Below are positions 1-9,784 of a stretch of DNA of 58,385 bases, piece by piece (position 1 is the first letter of the stretch; the number at the start of each line of letters is the position of its first letter). The position numbers and the translations under genes are program-made. Origin of the DNA: a virus (Duplodnaviria; Caudoviricetes); the IMG/VR virus record IMGVR_UViG_3300048839_001124, positions 1-58,385 of that record; one strand, given 5' to 3'. The notes beneath the pieces were generated by a model. The model was not told where the DNA came from. It saw nothing but the letters and a program-made list of their open reading frames with translations, and made no database searches.

Positions 1-137
1 AGTATCCTGATGGGGTTGAAGATGAAGTTATAGCTAAAGCTCTAATGATTACTAAAGAAGAGGTAAAAACACGATACGAAAAATATATTAAATTAACTCG
101 CGAAGCTTTAGGAGTATCTAGTGGCATCGAAGATTAA
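1..137 (+). CDS. 3' end of a truncated ORF, HTH/sigma region-4-like
   Basis: Manual frame-3 translation YPDGVEDEVIAKALMITKEEVKTRYEKYIKLTREALGVSSGIED* (TAA 135-137); the IAKAL-x-IT-x-EEV pattern resembles a sigma-r4 HTH. Confidence 0.45.
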   Translation, partial: YPDGVEDEVIAKALMITKEEVKTRYEKYIKLTREALGVSSGIED

Positions 138-747
138 AAGAACACCCTTTGATATAGAAAGTGGAGGTTTAGAATTAGAACATAGCCTGCTCACTTTTTA
201 TATGTGTGTCCTTGATGATAATGGTACAATTATTGATGAGTTAGATATGAAGCTTAAACCAGATGATGGTAAATATAATCTTACAGCCGAAGCAATGAAA
301 GTTAATGGCATTAATATTAATGAACATGATGCTGATCCAGAAACAGTTACATATTCCGAAGGTAAAAAACTTCTATTAGAATTTACTGCTAAAAACTCTG
401 TTGGAAAAAGAACTCTTCGTCCAGCAGGACACAATATTGGAGATTTTGATATTCCAATGACTAGACATCATTTAGGAATTTCTAAAGAAGAGTGGAACAA
501 TATTTTTCATTACAGACTATTAGATACTTCTCCAGTCCTTACAATTATGCAAGATGCTGGTTGGTTGCCAGAAGAATTAGGTTCACAAGATTCATTAGTG
601 GCTTATTATGGAGTTACAAAAAGAAAATCTCACGTAGCTAAAAATGATACTCTAATGTGGGTAGACGTTTATTTAGCTATGCTTAAGTCTCTTTCTGATC
701 GAAAAAATGGTTCATCTAGTTCAGATGAGCTTCTCATGTTGGAGTAA
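121..747 (+). CDS. DEDDh 3'-5' exonuclease (DnaQ/epsilon-like proofreading subunit)
   Basis: ExoI FDIESGG, ExoII GHNIGDFD, ExoIII HVAKND; GGAG RBS upstream of GTG; adjacent to DnaE. Confidence 0.85.
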   Translation: MASKIKRTPFDIESGGLELEHSLLTFYMCVLDDNGTIIDELDMKLKPDDGKYNLTAEAMKVNGININEHDADPETVTYSEGKKLLLEFTAKNSVGKRTLRPAGHNIGDFDIPMTRHHLGISKEEWNNIFHYRLLDTSPVLTIMQDAGWLPEELGSQDSLVAYYGVTKRKSHVAKNDTLMWVDVYLAMLKSLSDRKNGSSSSDELLMLE

Positions 748-748
748 A

Positions 749-3700
749 ATGAGCCTTATTTCTACGCACACCCATATTGAAACTTCTATTACAGCCTCAA
801 TTATGAGTGATTTTATAGCCAAAGCTAAGAGTTTAAATAGAACTCATATAGCTTATACTGATACAGGCCTAATGACTGGTTTGTATAAGTTTTATAAAAT
901 GGCTGACAAAGCAGGGCTGAAAACCATTCCTGGAGTAGAGATTTATTTTAAAGACTTAACTGCTGAGCCATCTAGACTGTATCCTAAAGCAGGGTACATG
1001 ACTATTACTCTATATCCAACCACTCAAGACGCTTTTACTGAAATTTGCAAACTATCTTCTAAAACTAGAGAAAAGTATCTTGACAGATTAGAAAATGAAA
1101 TACCGTTATATACTTGGGAAGACTTTGAATCTCTAAAAGGAAAAAGCATTGAAGCTGTTTTGGCTGGGCCACACTCCATGCTGGTTAAACCTCTTTTAAG
1201 TGGAAAAAAATTAGTTGACTTAAAAAACACTATTAATCGTTTGAAAAGTATTTTTAATTTAAATGTGGCTTTAATTTCTGCTGATCAAGATGCTTATTAT
1301 AGAAACGTACTATCTGTAACTACTCAAAAAGGCACACTAGAGCTTTTTAATACAGATAAAGTAGACACTATTAAAATGGGTAAGGTTGTAAAAAACATAC
1401 CAGCTTTTGACATTGAGCGTGGTGGACACTCTAAAATTATAGCTCTTCACAGAAATGGTGTATTTAATAAAGCCAACTTGGATATTAAGTCTTTTAAAAT
1501 GGTTGAAAAGTTTTCTAAGCTAAAAATGGGCAACGTCATTTCTATGGCAAATAAAGCTCACTTAGCTATAGCAAATATGTATAACTTGCCTGTTCTCTCT
1601 AGCGACTACGCCTATATGGCTAGTAAAGAAGATAAAAAAGTTCAAGACATTCGTCTTCTTGGTGGAGCTTTGCGACCAGAGTTTTATATGCAGAGCGTTG
1701 AAGAATATTCCAGCGTATTGACTAATCAAGGTATACCTCAAGATAAAGTTAATTCTTCAGTAGAAGCTACTAAAGCGTGGGTTAAAAAGTTTGATCAATT
1801 TAAATTTAAATACTCTTGGAATTTGCCTGTAGTAACTGATAATCCAAACAAATATATGCTTGATCTAATTAAAAAGACTGGGCGTATGCAATGGAGCAAT
1901 CCTGAGTGGACTTCTAGAATTAAGCTAGAGCTAGATGTTATTTCTCGCAATGGTACTTATGATCTATTGCCTTATTTCTTTCCTATAGCTATGGTGTTTG
2001 ATTATTATAAAAGCAATGGCAGACTTACAGGCCCAGGCCGAGGGTCTGTAGGCGGCTCATTATTGGCCTATGTAATGGGCATTACCCATATCAACCCATT
2101 GGAGTATGATCTGCCTTTTGAGCGCTTCTTTTCTATGGATCGTATTAATAATAAAAAACTTCCAGACGTTGACGTAGATTTGCCTGATAGAGAATTATTG
2201 GTTGGCGCTGATGGGCATAGCGGTTACTTACATCAAATGTTTGGCGATAAAGCAGGCCAAGTATCTACTCGTGGTATGATACGTTTAAAGAGTGCCATTA
2301 AAGACGTAAATCGTATATTTAATAAAGGCGTAGTATTGCCTGAGATTGAAAAGTTTTCTGAAAGCTTACCTGCTCCTCCACAAGGCGTAAACGATAAAGA
2401 CTTTGTTTTTGGATTTAAAGATTCTGAAGGCAACCCAGTAGCTGGTTTCTTTGAAACTAGTAAAGAGCTTCAAAACTATGCTAAAAAGTATGCTGATGAA
2501 TGGGCCATTGTTAGTCGTACTCTAGGTATACCGCGCCAAAACAGCCGTCACGCTTCAGCGTTTGTTATTGCTGATAAGCCTCTACAAGAAATCATACCTA
2601 TGATGGAGGTTAATGGAGTTAAGAAAGTAACTCAATGGGAAGCCAAAGAGGTTGAAGGCGCTGGATTGATTAAATTTGACTTTCTATGTATTAGTCAGCT
2701 TATAGATATTGAAGGTTGTTTGAAGCTTTTGAATAAAAAGACTAACACTACTGATCTAGAGCCAGGAATGTTCATGCATGAAGGCAAACAAACCTTTGTA
2801 TGGGATTTACCTAAAAATGACATGAAAGTTGTTGGAATGATGGCTTCAGGAGACACAGAAACTACGTTTCAAACTAATACTAAAAGTATGTTACCTTTTG
2901 TGACTTCTATTAAGCCTGTTTCTATTATTGATTATGCTACTATTCTAGCTCTAGTTCGTCCAGGCCCATTAGACTTTATTGATGAAAAAACAGGCCTAAG
3001 CATGGCGGCTGAGTATGTTGAGCGCCGTCATGGTCGCGGTACAGTAGACTTGCCTGAGCTTAAAGAATTGTTGCCTGAGACTTATGGAATTATAGTATTC
3101 CAAGAACAACTAACTAAAGTGGCCAAGTCGTTGGCTAATTTTAGCGGAGAAAAAGCCGAAATTCTTCGAGAAAATATGTGTAAGAAGCGTAAGAAAGAGC
3201 TTATGCTTATGAAGCCTGACTTTATTGAAGGTGCTAAAGCTAAAGTTGGCGAGTCAGTAGCTAACCGTATTTGGGACATGATGGAAACCTTTGGTCAATA
3301 CGGCTTTTCTATTATTCACGCCGTAGAGTATGCTATGATTACCTATGCTACTGCTTATTTAAAAGCACACTATCCATTAGAGTGGTGGAGCAGCGTATTG
3401 TCAAACAGTAATCCAAAAGAGATCAATGAAAAGTATTGGAAGCACGTTAGAAACCTAATGGCTCCACCAGATATCAATCTGTCAACTACAGAAATGGTTA
3501 TTGACTACGATACAGGAAAAATTCGTAGCAAATTAACTATGGTTAAAGGTCTAGCTGACGCTGGAGTTAAATCTATTATGTCTGGTAGACCATATTCAGA
3601 CATAGCTGATTTAGTTAAAAAAGATACTGTTTCTCCTTCAATGGCTAGAAAGCTTATTGCTGTAGGAGTTATGGATAGTTTATTTCCAAAACATTTTTCT

Positions 3701-4333
3701 CTCTTAGATAAAATGCAAGCCTATGAAGATGAAATTGAAAAGCTAAAATATGAAGAAAAATTAGTAGCTTACAATGAAGAAAAAGTAACAAATCCTAAAA
3801 CTAAGAAAAAACAACCACAAATCAAACGTGGTAAAATTGACACTACTTATGTAGGCTTAGGGCCATTGGAAATGTTTTCTCTTAAAAAAAGAATTTTGCC
3901 TTCTATGCCTATTAGTTTAACAGAGTTAGTTTTAGATTTAGATTTAGTTGAAAAAACTGCCACTGGTAAAGGTATGGCAGAAAATCCAAACCCAAAATAT
4001 AACAGAAGCATAGCTGTGTTTGGTGGAGAAGAAATAGCTACGTTTGAAGCTGAAGAATATAATGAGTTTAGAACTAATGCTTGTGCCGCTTATGTAGTGG
4101 ATGCTAAAGAATTTACTTTCAAAAAAGATGCAACTAAAAAAGGTTTACGCATTGTATTAGATACTGATAATTATTTGCGAGAATTAGTTATGTGGCCTGA
4201 TTATGATACAGGCATACTAAATTATCCAGAAGGTTTGGCTGAAGGCGCTATTGGCTTGTTTTATTTGAATAAACGAGCAAATAAACCAGATGCTAGCGTA
4301 GCAGCAATTAAACTTTTCAAAAAAGGCAAATAA
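749..4333 (+). CDS. dnaE: DNA polymerase III alpha subunit (family C)
   Basis: N-terminal PHP domain (HTH...TD...GVE), GPGRGSVGGSL, catalytic PDVDVD, HASAFVI, KFDFL, ETYGIIVFQEQ, C-terminal OB fold; start moved to ATG 749 after GGAG RBS. Confidence 0.95.
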   Translation: MSLISTHTHIETSITASIMSDFIAKAKSLNRTHIAYTDTGLMTGLYKFYKMADKAGLKTIPGVEIYFKDLTAEPSRLYPKAGYMTITLYPTTQDAFTEICKLSSKTREKYLDRLENEIPLYTWEDFESLKGKSIEAVLAGPHSMLVKPLLSGKKLVDLKNTINRLKSIFNLNVALISADQDAYYRNVLSVTTQKGTLELFNTDKVDTIKMGKVVKNIPAFDIERGGHSKIIALHRNGVFNKANLDIKSFKMVEKFSKLKMGNVISMANKAHLAIANMYNLPVLSSDYAYMASKEDKKVQDIRLLGGALRPEFYMQSVEEYSSVLTNQGIPQDKVNSSVEATKAWVKKFDQFKFKYSWNLPVVTDNPNKYMLDLIKKTGRMQWSNPEWTSRIKLELDVISRNGTYDLLPYFFPIAMVFDYYKSNGRLTGPGRGSVGGSLLAYVMGITHINPLEYDLPFERFFSMDRINNKKLPDVDVDLPDRELLVGADGHSGYLHQMFGDKAGQVSTRGMIRLKSAIKDVNRIFNKGVVLPEIEKFSESLPAPPQGVNDKDFVFGFKDSEGNPVAGFFETSKELQNYAKKYADEWAIVSRTLGIPRQNSRHASAFVIADKPLQEIIPMMEVNGVKKVTQWEAKEVEGAGLIKFDFLCISQLIDIEGCLKLLNKKTNTTDLEPGMFMHEGKQTFVWDLPKNDMKVVGMMASGDTETTFQTNTKSMLPFVTSIKPVSIIDYATILALVRPGPLDFIDEKTGLSMAAEYVERRHGRGTVDLPELKELLPETYGIIVFQEQLTKVAKSLANFSGEKAEILRENMCKKRKKELMLMKPDFIEGAKAKVGESVANRIWDMMETFGQYGFSIIHAVEYAMITYATAYLKAHYPLEWWSSVLSNSNPKEINEKYWKHVRNLMAPPDINLSTTEMVIDYDTGKIRSKLTMVKGLADAGVKSIMSGRPYSDIADLVKKDTVSPSMARKLIAVGVMDSLFPKHFSLLDKMQAYEDEIEKLKYEEKLVAYNEEKVTNPKTKKKQPQIKRGKIDTTYVGLGPLEMFSLKKRILPSMPISLTELVLDLDLVEKTATGKGMAENPNPKYNRSIAVFGGEEIATFEAEEYNEFRTNACAAYVVDAKEFTFKKDATKKGLRIVLDTDNYLRELVMWPDYDTGILNYPEGLAEGAIGLFYLNKRANKPDASVAAIKLFKKGK

Positions 4334-4354
4334 AATTATATATTTAAAATATAT

Positions 4355-4391
4355 AAAAATTTTTACAATTTTTGTAATTTTGTGGTATAAT
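4355..4391 (+). promoter_or_regulatory. Sigma70-like early promoter
   Basis: AAAAATT-TTTACA (4362-4367), 18-nt spacer, TGTGG-TATAAT (4386-4391); ATG follows 7 nt later. Confidence 0.6.
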
Positions 4392-4398
4392 TAATTTA

Positions 4399-5235
4399 AT
4401 GAAAAGGCTTTTGTTATTTTTACTACTATTTTCTTTAAATAGCTTTGGTGCAGAACCAATTAAAATTGTAGTGCTAGATACTGGCTTTAAAGCAAACGCT
4501 AAATACAAAATACCTTTGTGTAAAAACTATCACTATGATGCTACAAACAGCCAAGCTAAAGCCTCAAATATTCCACCTATGGACATTCATGGGCATGGAA
4601 CACATATTGTAGGAGTTATTAATCAGTTTGCTCAAAATTTGCCTCTTACAAAAGTTTTTCCTATGTCAATGAATGTAGAAAATTTAGAAAAAATTAAAAA
4701 TGTCAATCCTACAGGCTATTGTTTTGTTATTGTTAAATATTATAATAATTCTATACAAGGCGAAGAAGGATGGGCTAAAAGTTTAAACTATATAGAAACT
4801 ATACCAGGAAAATTAATTATAAATATTTCTGGTGGAGGCTCAGACCCTATTAATCGCGAAAAAGAATTTGTAAAAAGAACTTTAAAAAAAGGTAACAAAA
4901 TTATATCAGCTATAGGCAATGACAAGCAAAAAGGTTCTTATTATCCAGCGTCTGAGTACGGAGTTACAGCAGTTGGCGCAATGGAAGTTACTTTTTTTGA
5001 AAGAAAAAGTCAAGAAGAAATTTTAATTAGCAAAATTTATATTAATAAAATGCCTGTTTTTGTATATAAATCAAAATATTCTAATTATGGTCATTCAAAA
5101 ATTATTTGGCGTTTTGGCCACTTATATAGTGGTGGTCTAAATGACGATATAGTTCTAATGAGAGGTACTAGTCAAGCTACTGCTATGCAAACTGGTTTAG
5201 AAATAAATAAATTGTTACAAAACAAGGAGAAATGA
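4399..5235 (+). CDS. Secreted subtilisin-like serine protease (S8)
   Basis: Signal peptide MKRLLLFLLLFSLNSFG; catalytic motifs VVLDTG, HGHGTHIVG, oxyanion AIGND, GTSQATA. Confidence 0.85.
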   Translation: MKRLLLFLLLFSLNSFGAEPIKIVVLDTGFKANAKYKIPLCKNYHYDATNSQAKASNIPPMDIHGHGTHIVGVINQFAQNLPLTKVFPMSMNVENLEKIKNVNPTGYCFVIVKYYNNSIQGEEGWAKSLNYIETIPGKLIINISGGGSDPINREKEFVKRTLKKGNKIISAIGNDKQKGSYYPASEYGVTAVGAMEVTFFERKSQEEILISKIYINKMPVFVYKSKYSNYGHSKIIWRFGHLYSGGLNDDIVLMRGTSQATAMQTGLEINKLLQNKEK

Positions 5236-6002
5236 TGAGCTTTCAACAGATTTTAGAAAAAATTAAAGAGCACAAAGCTACTCTTAATTTAGAAGTGTTA
5301 CCAGGCGACCCCACAGCTCGAACTAAAGCAGGAATGATTAATCAAGCAAAAACTCAGATTGAAAATCTTAAACACGATTTTCGAGATGAAGCTTTGCGTC
5401 GATCTTTGTTTATTGTAGTTTTTGGTAAAAAAGCTCGTGAACTATCGGCTGTTTTGCAAAAAGAATTTTCAGTAAAATCAGCCAGTACTAAGCTGTTAAC
5501 ATCTAAGATTGTAGATCAAATTTCTCCTTCTTTATATGACAATAAGCAGCTTCATCCATCAGTTATTGACTCAGCCTCTTCTATTTTAGAAGATCTTTCT
5601 AAAGATATGGGTGTAGAGCATCTTCCTGCTGTATATTACGATGGTAACAAACATGCCGTTCAACTTAAAAATCGAGTTGATCTTGAAAAACTTCTAGAAA
5701 ATTTGTTGCTAGATAAAGTTGGTGGAGAAATTTTTGGAATTAATGCTGTAATGAATTCTTTAGATGATCTTATTGAAACAGAATACAGCGCTCCTGTATT
5801 GCCAATGGTTATTGAAGTTTCTGAAGAAAACGTTACTAAACTAGTTTCTGATTTAGGTCGATTGAGTAAAAATGTAGTAACCGTTTCTGCTGGAAGCGAA
5901 GTAAAAGCTAATCTCAAGCTTGGAGCAAAAGCTAAAATCGATACTGAAACTGTAGAAAAACTTTTAACTGAAATTAAAAATAACCTTAAGGTAGGAGTAT
6001 AA
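5232..6002 (+). CDS. Hypothetical protein (possible degenerate NMP-kinase fold)
   Basis: 256-aa ORF with AAGGAG RBS; weak kinase-like pattern without a Walker A motif. Confidence 0.6.
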   Translation: MMSFQQILEKIKEHKATLNLEVLPGDPTARTKAGMINQAKTQIENLKHDFRDEALRRSLFIVVFGKKARELSAVLQKEFSVKSASTKLLTSKIVDQISPSLYDNKQLHPSVIDSASSILEDLSKDMGVEHLPAVYYDGNKHAVQLKNRVDLEKLLENLLLDKVGGEIFGINAVMNSLDDLIETEYSAPVLPMVIEVSEENVTKLVSDLGRLSKNVVTVSAGSEVKANLKLGAKAKIDTETVEKLLTEIKNNLKVGV

Positions 6003-6003
6003 A

Positions 6004-7029
6004 ATGAAAGTCGGAAATCCTTCATCTGGTGGAGCACGTAAAAAGAAAAATTACTTTTTTATTGGGCAAGGCTCTAGCGTATTTCGCATTTTGCCTCCTA
6101 TGGGCAATTTAGCTGAGTCTGGAGTGTGGAGCAAATACTACGCTATCCATTTTGGATATGAAAACGTAGAAGGCTATATGCGCCCATTTCAATCTTCTGA
6201 AGTTAAAAATCGTACTAATAATATGATTGAAGTTGATGACCCAGCTAAAGACCGTATTGACCGTATTAAGTCGCAATTGGCTGCTGTTCAAGAACGTAAT
6301 AAAACTAATCCTTCAGAAGTACTAGAAGCTAAAATTCAAGAACTTAATGATTTGGTTGGCTTTAAAGGCAAATATAATCTTGAAAAGCGTCACTATGTAA
6401 ATGCTATGAATGAAAAAGGTGAAATTGGCCTTCTTGGACTAAAACACAAAGAAAAACTTGCTCTTGATGAAGCTCGTACCGCTATTAAAGCAAAGTATGG
6501 CATTGACCCTATTGGCGTAGAAGGTGCTTTTATTGAGTTTAATAAAAGTGGACGAAGCTTTGATACTCTTATTAGCGCTCGTGGCCACATGATTCTTCAA
6601 GCTGATCAGTCTGAGAAGCTTAACCGCCACACTGTTGACCAAGCCCTTATTGGTCGATTAGAAAGCGAAGCCTTTGAACTAGACAATCTTTATGTAGCTC
6701 TTACACGAGATGAAATTGAGACTATTGTTAAAGCTAGTGAAAAAAGCGAAGAAGAAGGCAAAAAAGCCGTTACTGCTGTATTTGCTAAATACCAAACTTC
6801 TCCTAGCAAGCCCAAATCTGTAGCTACTACAACAGCTGCTCCAAAAGTTGAAGTCAAATCAGTAACTAAAGTAACCAAACCAGCTCCAAAGGTTGAAGTC
6901 GAGCCAGACCTTACTATGGATGAAGAAGAAGTGGCTCCAGTAGAAGCTGCCAAAGCTTCAGCAGCTGTAGTGGCTAATCAAAGCCAAAGCGATGATGACT
7001 TTTTGGCTAGCATTGGAGTAGTTCGTTAA
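6004..7029 (+). CDS. Single-stranded DNA-binding protein, T4 gp32-like
   Basis: FRILPP motif near the N-terminus, low-complexity P/K/V/A linker, acidic C-terminal tail DDDFLASIG; near recA. Confidence 0.7.
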   Translation: MKVGNPSSGGARKKKNYFFIGQGSSVFRILPPMGNLAESGVWSKYYAIHFGYENVEGYMRPFQSSEVKNRTNNMIEVDDPAKDRIDRIKSQLAAVQERNKTNPSEVLEAKIQELNDLVGFKGKYNLEKRHYVNAMNEKGEIGLLGLKHKEKLALDEARTAIKAKYGIDPIGVEGAFIEFNKSGRSFDTLISARGHMILQADQSEKLNRHTVDQALIGRLESEAFELDNLYVALTRDEIETIVKASEKSEEEGKKAVTAVFAKYQTSPSKPKSVATTTAAPKVEVKSVTKVTKPAPKVEVEPDLTMDEEEVAPVEAAKASAAVVANQSQSDDDFLASIGVVR

Positions 7030-7277
7030 TGATAAAAGTTCTGTGGTCTAATAATATTAAATTGCCTACTAAAAGTGTGAAAGCAAAGGAATTGCGCTTT
7101 CACACTCCTTTTTTAGATAAAACATATATTAGTGCAGATACTTCTGTTGGCTATTCAAAGCACGATTTAGTAAATAACTATGATGGTTTGCACAGCCGAT
7201 TTTTTGTTTTTGTTATATTAGGTTTTGGTGTATCTTTGGCGATAAACTGGAACAGTGATGGCAAATATGCAAACTAA
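7029..7277 (+). CDS. Hypothetical protein with C-terminal hydrophobic segment
   Basis: 82-aa ORF coupled (TAATG) to the SSB gene. Confidence 0.5.
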   Translation: MIKVLWSNNIKLPTKSVKAKELRFHTPFLDKTYISADTSVGYSKHDLVNNYDGLHSRFFVFVILGFGVSLAINWNSDGKYAN

Positions 7278-7764
7278 AAGTTTGGCCATGAAAATACCCC
7301 AATTTGGAGCATTGCCTGAATTAGAACTTACTTTAGATAAAACAGCTGAAGCTGAATCGCGCTTGTTAGAAGCTAAAACTGTTAATCCAGCCACTTATGC
7401 TGATTTAGAATATACCTTTAATGAAAGTTATAGAGAATTAAAAAGAGCCTATGCTGGAGTTACTTATAGGCTAGCCAAAGCCGAAGAGGCTGTAGAAACA
7501 GCAAAAGCAACAGCCCTATTAGATAAATACCCAGAATTTGTTAAAGATAAACCACGAAATTACGACAATGCAGATATTCGAAAAAGTTTTATTCAAAAAG
7601 ATCCAGACTATCTTAAAGCTACAGACTACCGAGATCAAATCAAAGCCATTGAGTGCTTGATCGAAGGAAGGATTAAGATTATGGAGCGCACTACAGCCTA
7701 CATGAAAAAACAAATGGAACTAATTATTCGCAGCGGCGCAATTGGTTCTTTCGGAAAAAAATAA
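7255..7764 (+). CDS. UvsY-like recombination mediator (helical)
   Basis: Helical protein with ADIRKSFIQKDPDYLKA...IKAIECLIEGRIK pattern, located between SSB and recA. Confidence 0.5.
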   Translation: MMANMQTKSLAMKIPQFGALPELELTLDKTAEAESRLLEAKTVNPATYADLEYTFNESYRELKRAYAGVTYRLAKAEEAVETAKATALLDKYPEFVKDKPRNYDNADIRKSFIQKDPDYLKATDYRDQIKAIECLIEGRIKIMERTTAYMKKQMELIIRSGAIGSFGKK

Positions 7765-7801
7765 AAAATTTTTACCCACTGTTCTAATTCTGGGTTATAA
7801 T
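7764..7801 (+). promoter_or_regulatory. Early promoter upstream of recA
   Basis: AAAAATTTTTACCC...TGGGT-TATAAT (7796-7801), followed by AAGGAG RBS. Confidence 0.55.
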
Positions 7802-7826
7802 TAAATAACCATAAGGAGAAACTTAA

Positions 7827-8882
7827 ATGAGCAAATGGACTAAAGCCTTACGAAGTTACGAAGATGCAGTAAAGTTTGATTACGATGCTATGGCACCAGA
7901 AAACTGTATTTATTCACCTAGCCCTTTTTTAAACTGGACTTTTGCAAATAAGAGCCATGGTTTGCCAAAAGGCTGTGGATTGCTTCTTTTTTCTGAACCT
8001 AAAGCAGGTAAGTCTCTTACCATTCAAGCTTTTGTTCAGGATATGCACCGACGAGACCCAAACCAAATTGCTATCATTTTTAATACTGAAATGCGAGGAT
8101 TTGTTCAAACAGGGTTTTTTGAAGGCATTAATAAGGATAATCTTATTATTTATGACTCAAGCCGACCTGAAGACGTATTTGACCGTTTTGCTGATGACAT
8201 TCTTCCAATGATTCAAGAGGGTATGCCAGTAGGATTGGTTGCTATTGATTCAATTACTAGTATTGGTGGAACAAAAGCTGAAGGTCGATCAGTCAATGAT
8301 CACTTGGTTGGCGACAAAGCTCTGACCAAGAGCAAGGGCTTTGACAGAATGATACCGATTCTTAAGAAGTACAAAATTCCTTATATTGGCGTAGAGCAAA
8401 TGCGTATGAACGTAGATACTAATAATCCACACGCTCCAAAAGAAAAGATGGCTGCTGATTTTAAAACTAAACACATTTTTGAATACTTCATGAGCATTAA
8501 ACGTGCTGGTGGAAAAGAAGATAAGGCAGATATTGAGGGCAAGGCTTTTGAAGATGAGTCTATGAAAGATGCTCGTGACAATAAGCTTAAGACTGGCCAC
8601 AAAATCTATTTCAAAATGGAAAATTCTTCTCTTGGCCCAGATGGACGCGCTGGAGTATTAACTATTGATTATAATAAAGGTATTATTAATACTCATGAAG
8701 AAGTATTCTTTTTGGGTTATAATACAGGCATTATTAAACGTGAAGGCAACTCTAACTACGTTTATAAAGATCTAAAAGTAAATGGTAAAGCAAATTTTGC
8801 AGCAAAAATTAAAGAAAGCCCAGAACTTTCTTCTCAAATTATGGCCGAAGTATTAGCTTTAGATGCAAAGGACAGAACATGA
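7827..8882 (+). CDS. RecA/UvsX-like recombinase
   Basis: Walker A SEPKAGKS, FNTE, Walker B VAIDSI, EQMR, RecA-like C-terminal IDYNKGI...GIIKREGNSNYVY. Confidence 0.85.
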   Translation: MSKWTKALRSYEDAVKFDYDAMAPENCIYSPSPFLNWTFANKSHGLPKGCGLLLFSEPKAGKSLTIQAFVQDMHRRDPNQIAIIFNTEMRGFVQTGFFEGINKDNLIIYDSSRPEDVFDRFADDILPMIQEGMPVGLVAIDSITSIGGTKAEGRSVNDHLVGDKALTKSKGFDRMIPILKKYKIPYIGVEQMRMNVDTNNPHAPKEKMAADFKTKHIFEYFMSIKRAGGKEDKADIEGKAFEDESMKDARDNKLKTGHKIYFKMENSSLGPDGRAGVLTIDYNKGIINTHEEVFFLGYNTGIIKREGNSNYVYKDLKVNGKANFAAKIKESPELSSQIMAEVLALDAKDRT

Positions 8883-9784
8883 AAAATATTCGAAAACTTA
8901 AAGGTGGATTAAATCCAAACGTATCTATTAACTATAAAGATAGTTTTGAACTTGTTCTTTTTAGATGGAGATATTTGCTAAAAAGTCCTAATCCTAAGCC
9001 AGCAGATTTTCAAAAACATTTTCCTATTATGAATATTGTTAGTAAAAAAATGTGGTATAAGTTTAAATATGCTTTTACTACTGTAGGCTATGACTATGAT
9101 GACGTACGCAATCTAGCTAATATTTATTTAGTAGGTTATCTAGGTGTGTTTAGTTTAAAGAAAAAAGAAAATTTGGCAAAATTTGTTAAATCTTTTAAAA
9201 AGAAAAATAAAAGGGCTCCAAATAAAGAAGAAATAGAGAAAAAAGATGCAAACAATTTTGTTAGCTTTCTTACTCAACGCTTAGAAGAGGCTGGAAAAAT
9301 TTGTTCACAAAAAAACCGTAATATTCGTGGTACTGATGGGGTATATGAAGCTTTTATTGGTGACTTCCCTATAGAAATACCTGATGAAGTATTGGTTTCT
9401 AATCCAGGGCTGTATGGATATAAAAAACTAAAGAAAAAAGATCTTGAAACTCACGCTAAAATTGCTGGAGTAGAACCTAAAGGCAAATTTAGAACAGCAG
9501 AAAATAAGATCATTGTAGTAGTAGAGATTGGCCCACGTCCTTTGTCAGTAGATGATATGTCAGACTTCTATTCTACAGAAAACGCTTTTACCATGAACCC
9601 TGTATCTTTTATGGAAGCTTTAGAAGAGGAACATTTAGATCTAGACTATCAAAATAAATTTAAATCTATGGATGTAAAAGAAAAAGTTAAAACACTGTTT
9701 TCTTTTATTGCTGCTAATAAAAACAATCCTAAATTTGCTGAAGAAGTAAGAACAGCAAAGAAATGGGTTAAAGAAATTGTCTGA
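8879..9784 (+). CDS. Hypothetical protein, candidate phage sigma-like factor
   Basis: GYDYDDVRNLANIYL and NFVSFLTQRL resemble sigma region 2; basic protein. Confidence 0.4.
   Translation: MKNIRKLKGGLNPNVSINYKDSFELVLFRWRYLLKSPNPKPADFQKHFPIMNIVSKKMWYKFKYAFTTVGYDYDDVRNLANIYLVGYLGVFSLKKKENLAKFVKSFKKKNKRAPNKEEIEKKDANNFVSFLTQRLEEAGKICSQKNRNIRGTDGVYEAFIGDFPIEIPDEVLVSNPGLYGYKKLKKKDLETHAKIAGVEPKGKFRTAENKIIVVVEIGPRPLSVDDMSDFYSTENAFTMNPVSFMEALEEEHLDLDYQNKFKSMDVKEKVKTLFSFIAANKNNPKFAEEVRTAKKWVKEIV

Noticed and set aside
3860-4333. Beta-clamp binding motif in the DnaE C-terminus
   Set aside because: PLEMF and AIKLF only loosely resemble QL(S/D)LF; not supportable
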